Source: Candidatus Magasanikiibacteriota bacterium (lineage in GTDB: Bacteria; Patescibacteriota; Patescibacteriia; Magasanikbacterales; UBA10003). Taken from it: a DNA stretch of 45,520 bases. The stretch is from the NCBI GenBank assembly GCA_016214465.1, contig JACROI010000021.1, forward strand, positions 1-45,520, in the 5' to 3' direction. The first letter of the stretch is position 1; every line of letters starts with the position of its first letter. Below the pieces are notes generated by a model. It made no database searches and had not been told where the DNA came from. It was given only the letters and a program-made list of their open reading frames with translations. This document shows, in pieces, positions 8,206 to 16,304 of this stretch. The position numbers were made by a program, and so were the translations under genes.

Positions 8206-10279
8206 AAATATGTTTTCTTATCACGACTTTCGGCAAAAATTTCTTGATTTTTTTCAAAGCAAAGGACATAAGATAATTTCCTCGGCTTCTTTGATTCCGG
8301 AAAATGATCCGACCGTGCTTTTCACCACTGCCGGCATGCACCCCTTGGTGCCGTATCTTTTGGGCGAAAAGCATCCGGAAGGGGCGCGTTTGACTAATGC
8401 GCAAAAGTGCTTGCGCACCGATGACATTGATGAAGTCGGGGACAGATGGCATTTGACCTTTTTTGAAATGCTTGGCAATTGGTCCTTGGGCTATGAAGGT
8501 GGAGAAGTCATTGCCAGCGGGCCTTACTGGAAAAATCAAGCGATTGAGTGGAGTTGGGAATTTTTAACAGATAAAAAATGGCTGGACTTGGATCCGCAGA
8601 AAATTTTTGTTTCTGTTTTTGCCGGAGACGAGCACGCGCCGCGCGATAATGAAGCAATTGAAATTTGGCAAGAAATTTTTGAACGCGCGGGCATTGATGC
8701 AAAAATTGGAGAAGGGGAGAGGATCGGTTTATACGGTCGTGCTAAAAATTGGTGGGGGCCGGCCGGGCAAACCGGGCCGTGCGGGCCTGATACCGAGATA
8801 TTTTATGATACTGGCAAAGAACACGATTCAAAATTCGGTGATAAATGTCATCAGAATTGCGATTGCGGCCGCTTTGCCGAGATTTGGAATAATGTTTTTA
8901 TGCAATATGCCAAAACATTTGACGGCGATTGCATTGAAATGACTTACAAAAATGTGGATACTGGAATGGGGTTGGAGCGGGTTTTGGCGATTTTAAATGA
9001 TAAGCAGAGTGTCTTTGAAATTGAAATTTTTTTACCCATCATTCGCAAGATTGAGGAATTGAGCGGTAAAAATTATACTGCTAATTTTGAAACTACCAAG
9101 GCCATCCGTATTATCGCCGACCATTTGCGCGCTGCCGTATTTATTTTAGGAGATGAGCGCGGCGTGGCGCCATCCAATATTGAGCAGGGATATATTTTAC
9201 GCCGATTGATTCGCCGCGCCATTCGTTTTGGCTATCAAATTGGAGTTAAAAAAGATTTTACAATGGAGATCGCGCGATTGGTAATGCAACTTTTTGGCCA
9301 ATTTTATCCGGAATTGGAAAAAAATCAACAAAGGATTTTTCAAGAATTATCAGCGGAAGAAAAAAAGTTTTCTCAAACGCTTTCCGCCGGTTTGAAAAAG
9401 ATTGAAATAATGGTGCGCAAAATTCATCGTTTGGAAAATGTTCTAACGCAGTTTAATGACGGGGATTTTGATGATGACGATGATCGTCAATTTGCGCAAT
9501 CAATTCTTAAAGATCCTTGGCTTGCTTCCGGAGATTTTTTACGGCGAATGTTGGAATTGAAAAATAAAGAAGAAATTAAGCGATTGGTTGCCGAGTTTGT
9601 TAAATTTTTCAAAATTTCCGGTAGTTTTGTTTTTGATCTTTATACTCAAGAAGGTTTTCCGCCAGAGATGATTAAAGAAGTAATGCTGTCGGTGGAACGG
9701 CCAATATTAAAATTTGAAACAATAAAATTGTCTTTGGATTTGGATTGGGATGGATTTAAAAAATTGTTCAAAGAACATCAGAATATTTCCCGCGCGGGCG
9801 CCGAACAAAAATTTAAAGGCGGTTTGATTGATACAAGCGATTTGGTGGCTAAATTGCACACTGCCACCCATCTTTTGCAAGCGGCTTTGCGCCAGGTCTT
9901 GGGCGTGGGAGTAATGCAAAAAGGCAGTAATATCACTGCCGAACGGTTGCGGTTTGATTTCAGTTGTCCTGAAAAAATGACCGCGGAGCAAATTAAACAA
10001 ACCGAGGACTTGGTTAATAATGTTATTGCTTCGGATTTACCGGTGAGATGTGAAGAAATGACTGTGGAAGAAGCGCAAAAAGCAGGCGCCATGGGTTTGT
10101 TTACAGCCAAGTATGGCGAAAGAGTAAGGGTCTACACTGTTGGTGATGATAAATACTTCAGCCGTGAGATTTGCGGCGGACCGCACGCTTCGCGCACCGG
10201 TGAACTCGGACATTTTATCATTATCAAAGAAGAGGCCTCCAGCGCCGGAGTCAGGCGCGTTAAAGCGATTTTGGAATAA
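8189..10279 (+). CDS. alaS: Alanine--tRNA ligase, short form ending after the editing domain
   Basis: FRQKFLDFFQSKGHKIISSASLIPENDPTVLFTTAGMHP. WGPAGQTGPCGPDTEIFYD. NVDTGMGLERV. Editing motifs HTATHLL and CGGPH. The protein ends ...SSAGVRRVKAILE. The ORF-track N-terminus from 8069 is read-through of mnmA in another frame. Confidence 0.9.
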   Translation: MTKTIENMFSYHDFRQKFLDFFQSKGHKIISSASLIPENDPTVLFTTAGMHPLVPYLLGEKHPEGARLTNAQKCLRTDDIDEVGDRWHLTFFEMLGNWSLGYEGGEVIASGPYWKNQAIEWSWEFLTDKKWLDLDPQKIFVSVFAGDEHAPRDNEAIEIWQEIFERAGIDAKIGEGERIGLYGRAKNWWGPAGQTGPCGPDTEIFYDTGKEHDSKFGDKCHQNCDCGRFAEIWNNVFMQYAKTFDGDCIEMTYKNVDTGMGLERVLAILNDKQSVFEIEIFLPIIRKIEELSGKNYTANFETTKAIRIIADHLRAAVFILGDERGVAPSNIEQGYILRRLIRRAIRFGYQIGVKKDFTMEIARLVMQLFGQFYPELEKNQQRIFQELSAEEKKFSQTLSAGLKKIEIMVRKIHRLENVLTQFNDGDFDDDDDRQFAQSILKDPWLASGDFLRRMLELKNKEEIKRLVAEFVKFFKISGSFVFDLYTQEGFPPEMIKEVMLSVERPILKFETIKLSLDLDWDGFKKLFKEHQNISRAGAEQKFKGGLIDTSDLVAKLHTATHLLQAALRQVLGVGVMQKGSNITAERLRFDFSCPEKMTAEQIKQTEDLVNNVIASDLPVRCEEMTVEEAQKAGAMGLFTAKYGERVRVYTVGDDKYFSREICGGPHASRTGELGHFIIIKEEASSAGVRRVKAILE

Positions 10280-10280
10280 C

Positions 10281-11927
10281 ATGCCACGCAAGTTTTTATT
10301 TTTTATTTTTGTCGTCTATTTGTTCACGGCGATTTTTTTGTATCGCCCGATTTTAAATTCTTTTTTTGTTTCCGATGATTTTGACTGGATCGCTCGCGCG
10401 AAAAATATGCCTTTGGTTTTAGAAAATTTATTTTTGCGCAATGCCGATGGAAAATTAGAAGGCGCGGTTTATAGACCGATAACCAGTTTATCATTTTGGC
10501 TGAATTATCAAGCCAGCGGCTTAAATCCATTTGGTTATCATTTAGTGAATATTTTATTGCATTTAGGCGGCGCGCTATTATTATGTTGGCTGGTGTGGCA
10601 ATTATCAGGTCGCAGTAATTATTGGCTCTCATTTTTGGCCGGTTTGTTTTTTTTGATTTTTCCCAATCACTCCGAGGCCGTGTCTTGGATTTCCGGCCGC
10701 AATGATGCGTTGGCCGTTAGTTTTTTTCTATTGAGTTTTAATTTTTATATTTTATTCAGAACCGGCGGCCGTTATTTATGGTTTGGCGTTTCATCGCTGG
10801 CTTTCGCTTTGGCGATTTTTTCCAAAGAAATGGCCGCTTCTTTGCCAATTATTTTATTGGTTTATGAATTGATTTTACAGAATGGCCTGTTTTGGAAAAA
10901 AAAGATTTTATTTATTTCTCCTTTCGCAATAATTTTAGGGCTTTACATATTGTTAAGACAATTTGCCACCGGTTTATTATTCAGTTCCTATTCCAACATT
11001 CAATCGTCATTTTCCATTTTTTCCGCAATTGCTGTTTTTATCCGCGGTTTGCTAAGTCATTTTATCAGTCCGGCTCAAATTTGGATAACTAACGGATTAG
11101 CCGTCCATTGGATTTTATTTATTTTAATATTGATTGGGGCGGGCTGGCTCGGTTGGCGATTTTGTCAAGAAAAAAAGCTCTATCTTTTTGCCATGTTGTT
11201 TTTTATTATTTCCTTGGGTCCGGTGTATAATCTGCAATTAAGCGGCTTCACCAGCGAAGGAGAAAGGTTTGTTTATCTGTCTTCAATTGGAATGGCTGTG
11301 CTTTTGGCTGTTATTGTCGTGAGTTTGTGGAAAAAGCGGCGCGTGGTTGGCGTTCTAACAGCAACGATTTTAATTGCGTATTTTTCTTTTACTCTTTGGC
11401 AGAGAAATTTGGTTTGGCAAAATGCCGGAATTTTAAGTCAGCAATTAATTTCTGATTTTTCTTCGGAAACAGGTTTAAAATCAGGCGAGGGGACGGTGGT
11501 GTTGGGATTGCCGGATAATATTGATGGCGCTTATGTTTTTAGAAACGGTTGGCTGACCGCTTTAAAACTTTTTTATCCGACATATTCCGTTGATGTTTTA
11601 TCAACAAAAACTCTTTTGAATTTATCAGCCAATAATTTTAATCAAAAAGTGACTGATTGGACTGTTTTGTCAAATGGTTATCGCGCCACAGCTGTCTCTT
11701 CCGCGCGTCTTTTTACCGGCCAGGCCGAGCTTGATTCTTCGGACTATTTGTTAAACATCGTCAATTATGATACAATAATAAAGGCTGGTAATGAGGCGGA
11801 ATGGCGTTTTACACCAATGTTTATCGCCCAATTATCCTCCAAAACAATCAATTTTTTAGTGTTCAATGAGGGTAGATTGAAAAAAATCGACCCGATTGTT
11901 TATGTGTATAAAGAAAAAATTAATTGA
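10281..11927 (+). CDS. GT-C fold membrane glycosyltransferase (PMT/ArnT-like)
   Basis: ATG lies 2 nt after the alaS stop. Polytopic. YRPITSLSFWLNYQASGLNPFGYHLVNILLHLGGALLL is typical of PMT_2/TMTC-like mannosyltransferases. The C-terminal ~170 aa look soluble. Confidence 0.6.
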   Translation: MPRKFLFFIFVVYLFTAIFLYRPILNSFFVSDDFDWIARAKNMPLVLENLFLRNADGKLEGAVYRPITSLSFWLNYQASGLNPFGYHLVNILLHLGGALLLCWLVWQLSGRSNYWLSFLAGLFFLIFPNHSEAVSWISGRNDALAVSFFLLSFNFYILFRTGGRYLWFGVSSLAFALAIFSKEMAASLPIILLVYELILQNGLFWKKKILFISPFAIILGLYILLRQFATGLLFSSYSNIQSSFSIFSAIAVFIRGLLSHFISPAQIWITNGLAVHWILFILILIGAGWLGWRFCQEKKLYLFAMLFFIISLGPVYNLQLSGFTSEGERFVYLSSIGMAVLLAVIVVSLWKKRRVVGVLTATILIAYFSFTLWQRNLVWQNAGILSQQLISDFSSETGLKSGEGTVVLGLPDNIDGAYVFRNGWLTALKLFYPTYSVDVLSTKTLLNLSANNFNQKVTDWTVLSNGYRATAVSSARLFTGQAELDSSDYLLNIVNYDTIIKAGNEAEWRFTPMFIAQLSSKTINFLVFNEGRLKKIDPIVYVYKEKIN

Positions 11928-11965
11928 TATTTTTTGGCTTAATTTAGCCAATTGACCCAAAGTTG

Positions 11966-11994
11966 TTGACAAAAAAAACGACTTGGGATATAAT
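11966..11994 (+). promoter_or_regulatory. Consensus sigma70-type promoter of the infA/alpha ribosomal operon
   Basis: TTGACA (11966-11971), 17-nt spacer, TATAAT (11989-11994). Confidence 0.65.
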
Positions 11995-12042
11995 AGAGCC
12001 ACTTTAAATATAAGCAAAGCTTGTGAATTTCGCGGGCTTCGC

Positions 12043-12064
12043 ATGTCAAAACAAGTTTTGACAT
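12043..12064 (+). promoter_or_regulatory. Perfect leader hairpin 19 nt upstream of the infA start
   Basis: atgtcaaaac aa gttttgacat gives a 9-10 bp stem. Confidence 0.35.
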
Positions 12065-12082
12065 GGCTCACCACTTGAAATT

Positions 12083-12325
12083 ATGGTTCAAAACCAAAGA
12101 ACCACCGAGCCCTCAACAAAAGATGCGTTGGAATTAAGAGGCCGTGTGGAGGAATTGTTGCCTTCGGCGAAATTCAAAATTAAATTGGAAAATGGCCATA
12201 TACTGCTTGGTCATTTGGCGGGAAAGATGCGATTAAACAGAATTAGAATCTTGCCTGGCGATGAAGTGAAAGTGGAGGTAAGTTCATATGATTTGACAAA
12301 AGGCAGGATTGTTTACAGATTTTAG
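12083..12325 (+). CDS. infA: Translation initiation factor IF-1
   Basis: [64 protein letters not shown]. Confidence 0.95.
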   Translation: MVQNQRTTEPSTKDALELRGRVEELLPSAKFKIKLENGHILLGHLAGKMRLNRIRILPGDEVKVEVSSYDLTKGRIVYRF

Positions 12326-12364
12326 CCCCTGATTTTATCAGGGTAAAGATTTTTTTTAACAAAC

Positions 12365-12478
12365 ATGAAAGTTCGCGCGTCAGTGAAAAAAATTTGCAAA
12401 GATTGTCAGGTGTTGCGCCGTAAGGGTCGCGTTGTTGTGATTTGCAAGACGCCTAAACATAAACAAAGACAAGGATAA
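12365..12478 (+). CDS. rpmJ: 50S ribosomal protein L36 (37 aa; below the ORF-track length cutoff)
   Basis: My own translation gives [37 protein letters not shown], with a TAA stop at 12476-12478. Confidence 0.9.
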   Translation: MKVRASVKKICKDCQVLRRKGRVVVICKTPKHKQRQG

Positions 12479-12479
12479 T

Positions 12480-12875
12480 ATGGCCGTAGCACGCATCGCC
12501 GGCATTAATCTGCCGCAGAATAAAAGAATTGAAGTTTCTCTTACCTATTTATATGGTATTGGTTTGAGTCAGTCCAAAAAAGTTTTGAAGGGATTAGGCA
12601 TCAATCCAGATACTCGCACCAAAGATTTGGGCGAAGCTGAAACTAATCGCCTGCGCGATTTTATTGAAAAGAATTATAAAGTGGAAGGTGATTTGCGCCG
12701 CGAGGTTTTATCCAATATCAAAAGATTAAAAGAAATCGGTTGTTATCGCGGCACACGCCATTCCCGCGGTCTGCCGACCAGGGGTCAGCGCACCAAAACC
12801 AACAGCCGCACGGTGCGCGGCAATACCCGCCGCACCATGGGCAGTGGCCGTAAGTCAGCTGCTGAAAAGACCTAA
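12480..12875 (+). CDS. rpsM: 30S ribosomal protein S13
   Basis: [36 protein letters not shown]...[21 protein letters not shown]. Confidence 0.95.
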   Translation: MAVARIAGINLPQNKRIEVSLTYLYGIGLSQSKKVLKGLGINPDTRTKDLGEAETNRLRDFIEKNYKVEGDLRREVLSNIKRLKEIGCYRGTRHSRGLPTRGQRTKTNSRTVRGNTRRTMGSGRKSAAEKT

Positions 12876-12880
12876 AAAAT

Positions 12881-13399
12881 ATGTCTGAAGAAAACAAAAA
12901 AACAGAAGGAATCAAAGAAGTTTCCATTGAAGACATTGTTTTGGATATTGGCGCGCCTGAAAAAGAAGCAAAAGATGAAAAAAGCGAGAAAGAAGAAAAG
13001 GGAAAGAAATCAGCCAATCCGCGCGGCCGCGCCAAAAAGAAAGATGTAAAACAAATTCCAATTGGTTTGGCTTTTGTGCAAGCGACCTATAATAACACTA
13101 TGGTGACTTTGACCGATCCTAACGGCAATGTGTTGGCTTGGTCAAGCGCCGGCAAAATGGGTTTTAAGGGTCCTAAAAAAGCCACTCCATATGCCGCCTC
13201 ACTTATTGTTAAAAATGTGGTTGAAAAAGTTTTCCCTTATGGTTTGAAAGAAGTGAGTGTGTTTGTGAAAGGCGTGGGTTCTGGTCGTGATGGAGCTGTC
13301 CGCGCTTTGCATGCCAACAATATCAATGTCACCTCCATTAAAGATATTACCCCAATTCCTCATAATGGCTGTCGTCCGGCCAAAGTCAGAAGGGTTTAA
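12881..13399 (+). CDS. rpsK: 30S ribosomal protein S11 with a ~60-aa Lys/Glu-rich N-terminal extension
   Basis: Core sequence GLAFVQATYNNTMVTLTDPNGNVLAWSSAG..GFKG.KKATPYAA...ITPIPHNGCRP.K.RRV. Confidence 0.9.
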   Translation: MSEENKKTEGIKEVSIEDIVLDIGAPEKEAKDEKSEKEEKGKKSANPRGRAKKKDVKQIPIGLAFVQATYNNTMVTLTDPNGNVLAWSSAGKMGFKGPKKATPYAASLIVKNVVEKVFPYGLKEVSVFVKGVGSGRDGAVRALHANNINVTSIKDITPIPHNGCRPAKVRRV

Positions 13400-13403
13400 A
13401 ATT

Positions 13404-14039
13404 ATGCCAAAAGCCGATAGAATCACAATTCAATGCGCTCGTTGCCGCAGAGCCGGAGAAAAGCTTTTTCTTAAAGGCGACAGATGTTTTGGCGCCAAGT
13501 GTGCTTTGACTCGCCGTGGTTTTCCACCCGGTCAGCATGGTCCAACGCAAAGAGTCCGTCTGACCAGTTTTGGTGAGCAATTAAAAGAAAAACAAAAGGC
13601 CAAACGGGTTTATGGTTTGCGCGAACGGCAATTCAGCAATTATGTGGCCAAGGCATCAAAAAGAAAAGGCAACACCGCTGAAGGATTTTTGAAATTTTTG
13701 GAAAAACGATTGGATAATGTAGTTTATCGTTTGGGTTTGGCCAAATCGCGCGAAAGCGCCCGCCAGATTGTTTCGCACCGTCATGTTTTGGTTAATAACA
13801 AGCGGGTGAATATCCCGTCTTTTCAAGTTGAACCGGATCAGGTTGTGAGTATCGCGGAAAAAAGCCAATCCAAAAAGATTTTTGAAAATTTGAAGCAGAC
13901 TTTGGCAAAACACGAACTTCCCGCTTGGTTGTCATTGGACGTGGAAAAATTGAGCGGTAAGATTTTGGCTGAACCGAAAATTGAAGGCATGCAATTTAAT
14001 TTTGATCCTAAAAAAATCATCGAATTTTATTCTCGTTAA
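13404..14039 (+). CDS. rpsD: 30S ribosomal protein S4
   Basis: Start chosen at the ATG at 13404 (MPKADRITIQCARCRRAGEKLFLKGDRC...). Also YGLRERQF and LDNVVYRLGLAKSRESARQIVSHRHVLVNNKRVNIPS. The track N-terminus from 13287 overlaps rpsK. Confidence 0.9.
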   Translation: MPKADRITIQCARCRRAGEKLFLKGDRCFGAKCALTRRGFPPGQHGPTQRVRLTSFGEQLKEKQKAKRVYGLRERQFSNYVAKASKRKGNTAEGFLKFLEKRLDNVVYRLGLAKSRESARQIVSHRHVLVNNKRVNIPSFQVEPDQVVSIAEKSQSKKIFENLKQTLAKHELPAWLSLDVEKLSGKILAEPKIEGMQFNFDPKKIIEFYSR

Positions 14040-14056
14040 TTTTAATAAAATGAAGT

Positions 14057-14911
14057 ATGGAAAAACTTCTTTTGCCATCATCTTTTAAAGTGGAGGAGAC
14101 CGGCAAGTCCAATGAGGCGAAAATTGTCATTGAGCCGTGTTATCATGGTTATGGCATTACTTTGGGTAACACTCTCCGTCGCGTGCTGTTGTCGTCTTTG
14201 CCCGGCGCCGCTGTAACTGCTGTGAAGATCAAAGGCGCTCCGCATGAATTCACCACTTTGGAACATGTGCAAGAAGATGTGGTGGAGATTTTATTGAATT
14301 TAAAACAGTTGCGTTTGCGCGTTTTTTCCGCCGAACCGGTCCGTTTGTCTTTGGAAGCCAAAGGCGAGGGCGAAGTGACGGCCGCTCAAATTCAGGTAAC
14401 TTCGGATGTGGAGATTGTTAATCCTAATTTGCACATTGCCGCCTTGACTCATAAAAATGCTAAACTGGAAATGGAGATTTTTGTCTCCCAAGGCCGCGGC
14501 TATGTGCCTGTGGAAGAAAAAGATCGGAAAAAATTGGAAATCGGTATGATCGCGATTGATTCCATTTTTACGCCGGTAATCAATGTCGGATATAAAGTTG
14601 AATTTGTCCGCGTGGGCGAGATCACTGATTTTGAAAAATTGGTTTTGGACATGGAAACCGACGGCACGATTTCGCCGGTTAATGCTTTAATTCAAGCTAC
14701 GGAAATTTTAGTTGACCATTTTAATTTGGTTTTGAGCGAATTTGGCGGCAAGCCTGAAGTAGCTAAAGAAATAGAGGCCTTGTCAGAAGGCGAGACCATG
14801 GAAGAGGCGACGGCGGAGGAAATGGTGAAGGAAGTGGAAGAAGACGAAGAAAAAGAAAAAAAGCCGGCTAAGCGCGGCAGAAAAAAGGGCTCAACCAATA
14901 AAAAAAAATGA
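14057..14911 (+). CDS. rpoA: DNA-directed RNA polymerase alpha subunit: N-terminal domain plus an acidic/basic tail, with no recognisable alpha-CTD
   Basis: IEPCYHGYGITLGNTLRRVLLSSLPGAAVTAVKIKGAPHEFTTLEHVQEDVVEILLNLK. The protein ends EEDEEKEKKPAKRGRKKGSTNKKK, then TGA. Confidence 0.9.
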   Translation: MEKLLLPSSFKVEETGKSNEAKIVIEPCYHGYGITLGNTLRRVLLSSLPGAAVTAVKIKGAPHEFTTLEHVQEDVVEILLNLKQLRLRVFSAEPVRLSLEAKGEGEVTAAQIQVTSDVEIVNPNLHIAALTHKNAKLEMEIFVSQGRGYVPVEEKDRKKLEIGMIAIDSIFTPVINVGYKVEFVRVGEITDFEKLVLDMETDGTISPVNALIQATEILVDHFNLVLSEFGGKPEVAKEIEALSEGETMEEATAEEMVKEVEEDEEKEKKPAKRGRKKGSTNKKK

Positions 14912-14920
14912 TAGTGAAGT

Positions 14921-14950
14921 TGTCATCCTGAGCGATAGCGAAGGATCTCG
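14921..14950 (+). repeat. P-family arm variant in the rpoA-rplQ spacer
   Basis: tgtcatcctgagcgatagcgaaggatctcg has the same TGTCAT...GGATC architecture as 27977-28002 and 27048-27071. Confidence 0.7.
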
Positions 14951-14960
14951 TGCGTATTAT

Positions 14961-15311
14961 ATGCGTCATCAAAAAAATAAAGTTACCTTAGACAGAAAAA
15001 AAGGACCTCGCGTGGCCATGTTGAAAAATTTAGCCATGAGTGTTATTTTATATGAAAAGGTTAAGACCACGCAGGCCAAAGCCAAGGCAGTCGTGCCTTT
15101 GGTTGAGAAAATGATTACATTGGGCAAACGCAATGATTTGCACGCCAATCGCCAGTTGCGTTCGTTTTTTCTAATTGAAAATCCAGTGAAAAAAATTGTA
15201 GAGGACTTGAAAGTTCGTTATGCCGCTCGCAACGGCGGTTTTACCAGAACAACCAAGCTTGGGCCGCGAGTGGGGGACAGCGCGAACATGGTTTTAATTG
15301 AATTGGTTTAA
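14961..15311 (+). CDS. rplQ: 50S ribosomal protein L17
   Basis: MRHQKNKVTLDRKKGPRVAMLKNLAMSVILYEKVKTTQAKAK...GGFTRTTKLGPRVGD.A.MV.IELV. Confidence 0.95.
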   Translation: MRHQKNKVTLDRKKGPRVAMLKNLAMSVILYEKVKTTQAKAKAVVPLVEKMITLGKRNDLHANRQLRSFFLIENPVKKIVEDLKVRYAARNGGFTRTTKLGPRVGDSANMVLIELV

Positions 15312-15313
15312 TT

Positions 15314-15676
15314 ATGACGGAAAAAATTGTAAGAACAACTCACACTATTGATGCCGAAGGTAAAATTTTGGGGCGTTTGGCAACGCAGGTCGTTCGTTTG
15401 CTTCAGGGTAAGCAAAAAAGAGATTATTCTCCGGCCACAGACATGGGGGATGCGGTGGTGATTAAAAATGCTTCCAAAATAAAGGTCTCCGGCAAAAAAG
15501 CCGAACAAAAAATTTATCGGCATCACACTCTGCATCCTGGCGGTTTGAAAGAACGGCCGTTTAAAAAGGTTTTGGCTGATAATCCGGCCGAGGTGATTCA
15601 TTTGGCTATAATTAAAATGTTGCCTAAAAATCGTTTAAGAGATGTGAGGATGAAAAGATTAAAGATTACTTCATAA
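15314..15676 (+). CDS. rplM: 50S ribosomal protein L13
   Basis: IDAEGKILGRLATQVVRLLQGK.K..Y....D.GD.VV..NA.KI.VSG.K...K.Y.RH...PGG and MLPKN.L. Confidence 0.9.
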   Translation: MTEKIVRTTHTIDAEGKILGRLATQVVRLLQGKQKRDYSPATDMGDAVVIKNASKIKVSGKKAEQKIYRHHTLHPGGLKERPFKKVLADNPAEVIHLAIIKMLPKNRLRDVRMKRLKITS

Positions 15677-15679
15677 GGT

Positions 15680-16231
15680 ATGATTAAAAAAACAGAAAAA
15701 ACAGTTGTTAAAAAAGCTCCTGGACGGCCGCGTAAAGTCAAACCTGTGGAAGAAAAAGCGAAAGTTCAGCCAATGGTTGAAAAGATTGAAGTTGAACAAG
15801 CAGTTGCTCCTGTTGTCGCCAGTCCTGTAAAAAGCAAAAAAGGCGAATATATTTCTACTATTGGCCGTCGCAAAGAAGCCACGGCCAAAGTGAGATTTTT
15901 TGACAGTGGCAAGGGTGATATCACGGTCAACGGTCAAGAATTAAAAAAATATTTTTCAATTTTTCAATTGTTTGATTTGGTGTTTGCACCTTTAAAAAAA
16001 GTCGGCGCGATGGAAAAATATGATATTTCAATCAAAGTCGTCGGTGGCGGTAAAAATAGTCAGGCCTTAGCCGCACGACATGGTATTTCCAGGGCTTTGG
16101 TGGAATTTAACGCCGATTTAAAACCTGCTTTGAAAAAAGCCGGTTATATGACTCGCGATTCGCGTGTTAAGGAAAGAAAGAAATTCGGACACAAAAAAGC
16201 TCGTCGTTCCCCGCAATGGGCCAAGCGTTAG
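15680..16231 (+). CDS. rpsI: 30S ribosomal protein S9 with a ~55-aa Lys/Val/Glu-rich N-terminal extension
   Basis: Core sequence TIGRRKEATAKVRF..GKG.ITVNG. C-terminal RDSRVKERKKFGHKKARRSPQWAKR. Confidence 0.9.
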   Translation: MIKKTEKTVVKKAPGRPRKVKPVEEKAKVQPMVEKIEVEQAVAPVVASPVKSKKGEYISTIGRRKEATAKVRFFDSGKGDITVNGQELKKYFSIFQLFDLVFAPLKKVGAMEKYDISIKVVGGGKNSQALAARHGISRALVEFNADLKPALKKAGYMTRDSRVKERKKFGHKKARRSPQWAKR

Positions 16232-16235
16232 TCAC

Positions 16236-16260
16236 AAACCCCTCCGCAAGGAGGGGTTTT
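16236..16260 (+). terminator. Rho-independent terminator of the ribosomal operon
   Basis: cccctcc gcaa ggagggg followed by tttt, flanked by aaa. Confidence 0.75.
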
Positions 16261-16263
16261 AAA

Positions 16264-16292
16264 TTGACCGCGAGGTGATTAAATGGTAAAAT
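16264..16292 (+). promoter_or_regulatory. Promoter of the flippase/glycosyltransferase cluster
   Basis: TTGACC (16264-16269), 17-nt spacer, TAAAAT (16287-16292). The ATG lies only 13 nt downstream, so the leader would be very short. Confidence 0.5.
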
Positions 16293-16304
16293 GCGATTAA
16301 GAAT

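Noticed and set aside
14909-14911. Possible alternative genetic code (UGA recoded), as in some candidate phyla.
   Set aside because: rpoA terminates at TGA exactly after its basic tail. Conserved genes translate full-length with the standard code and have no in-frame TGA. Code 11 fits.
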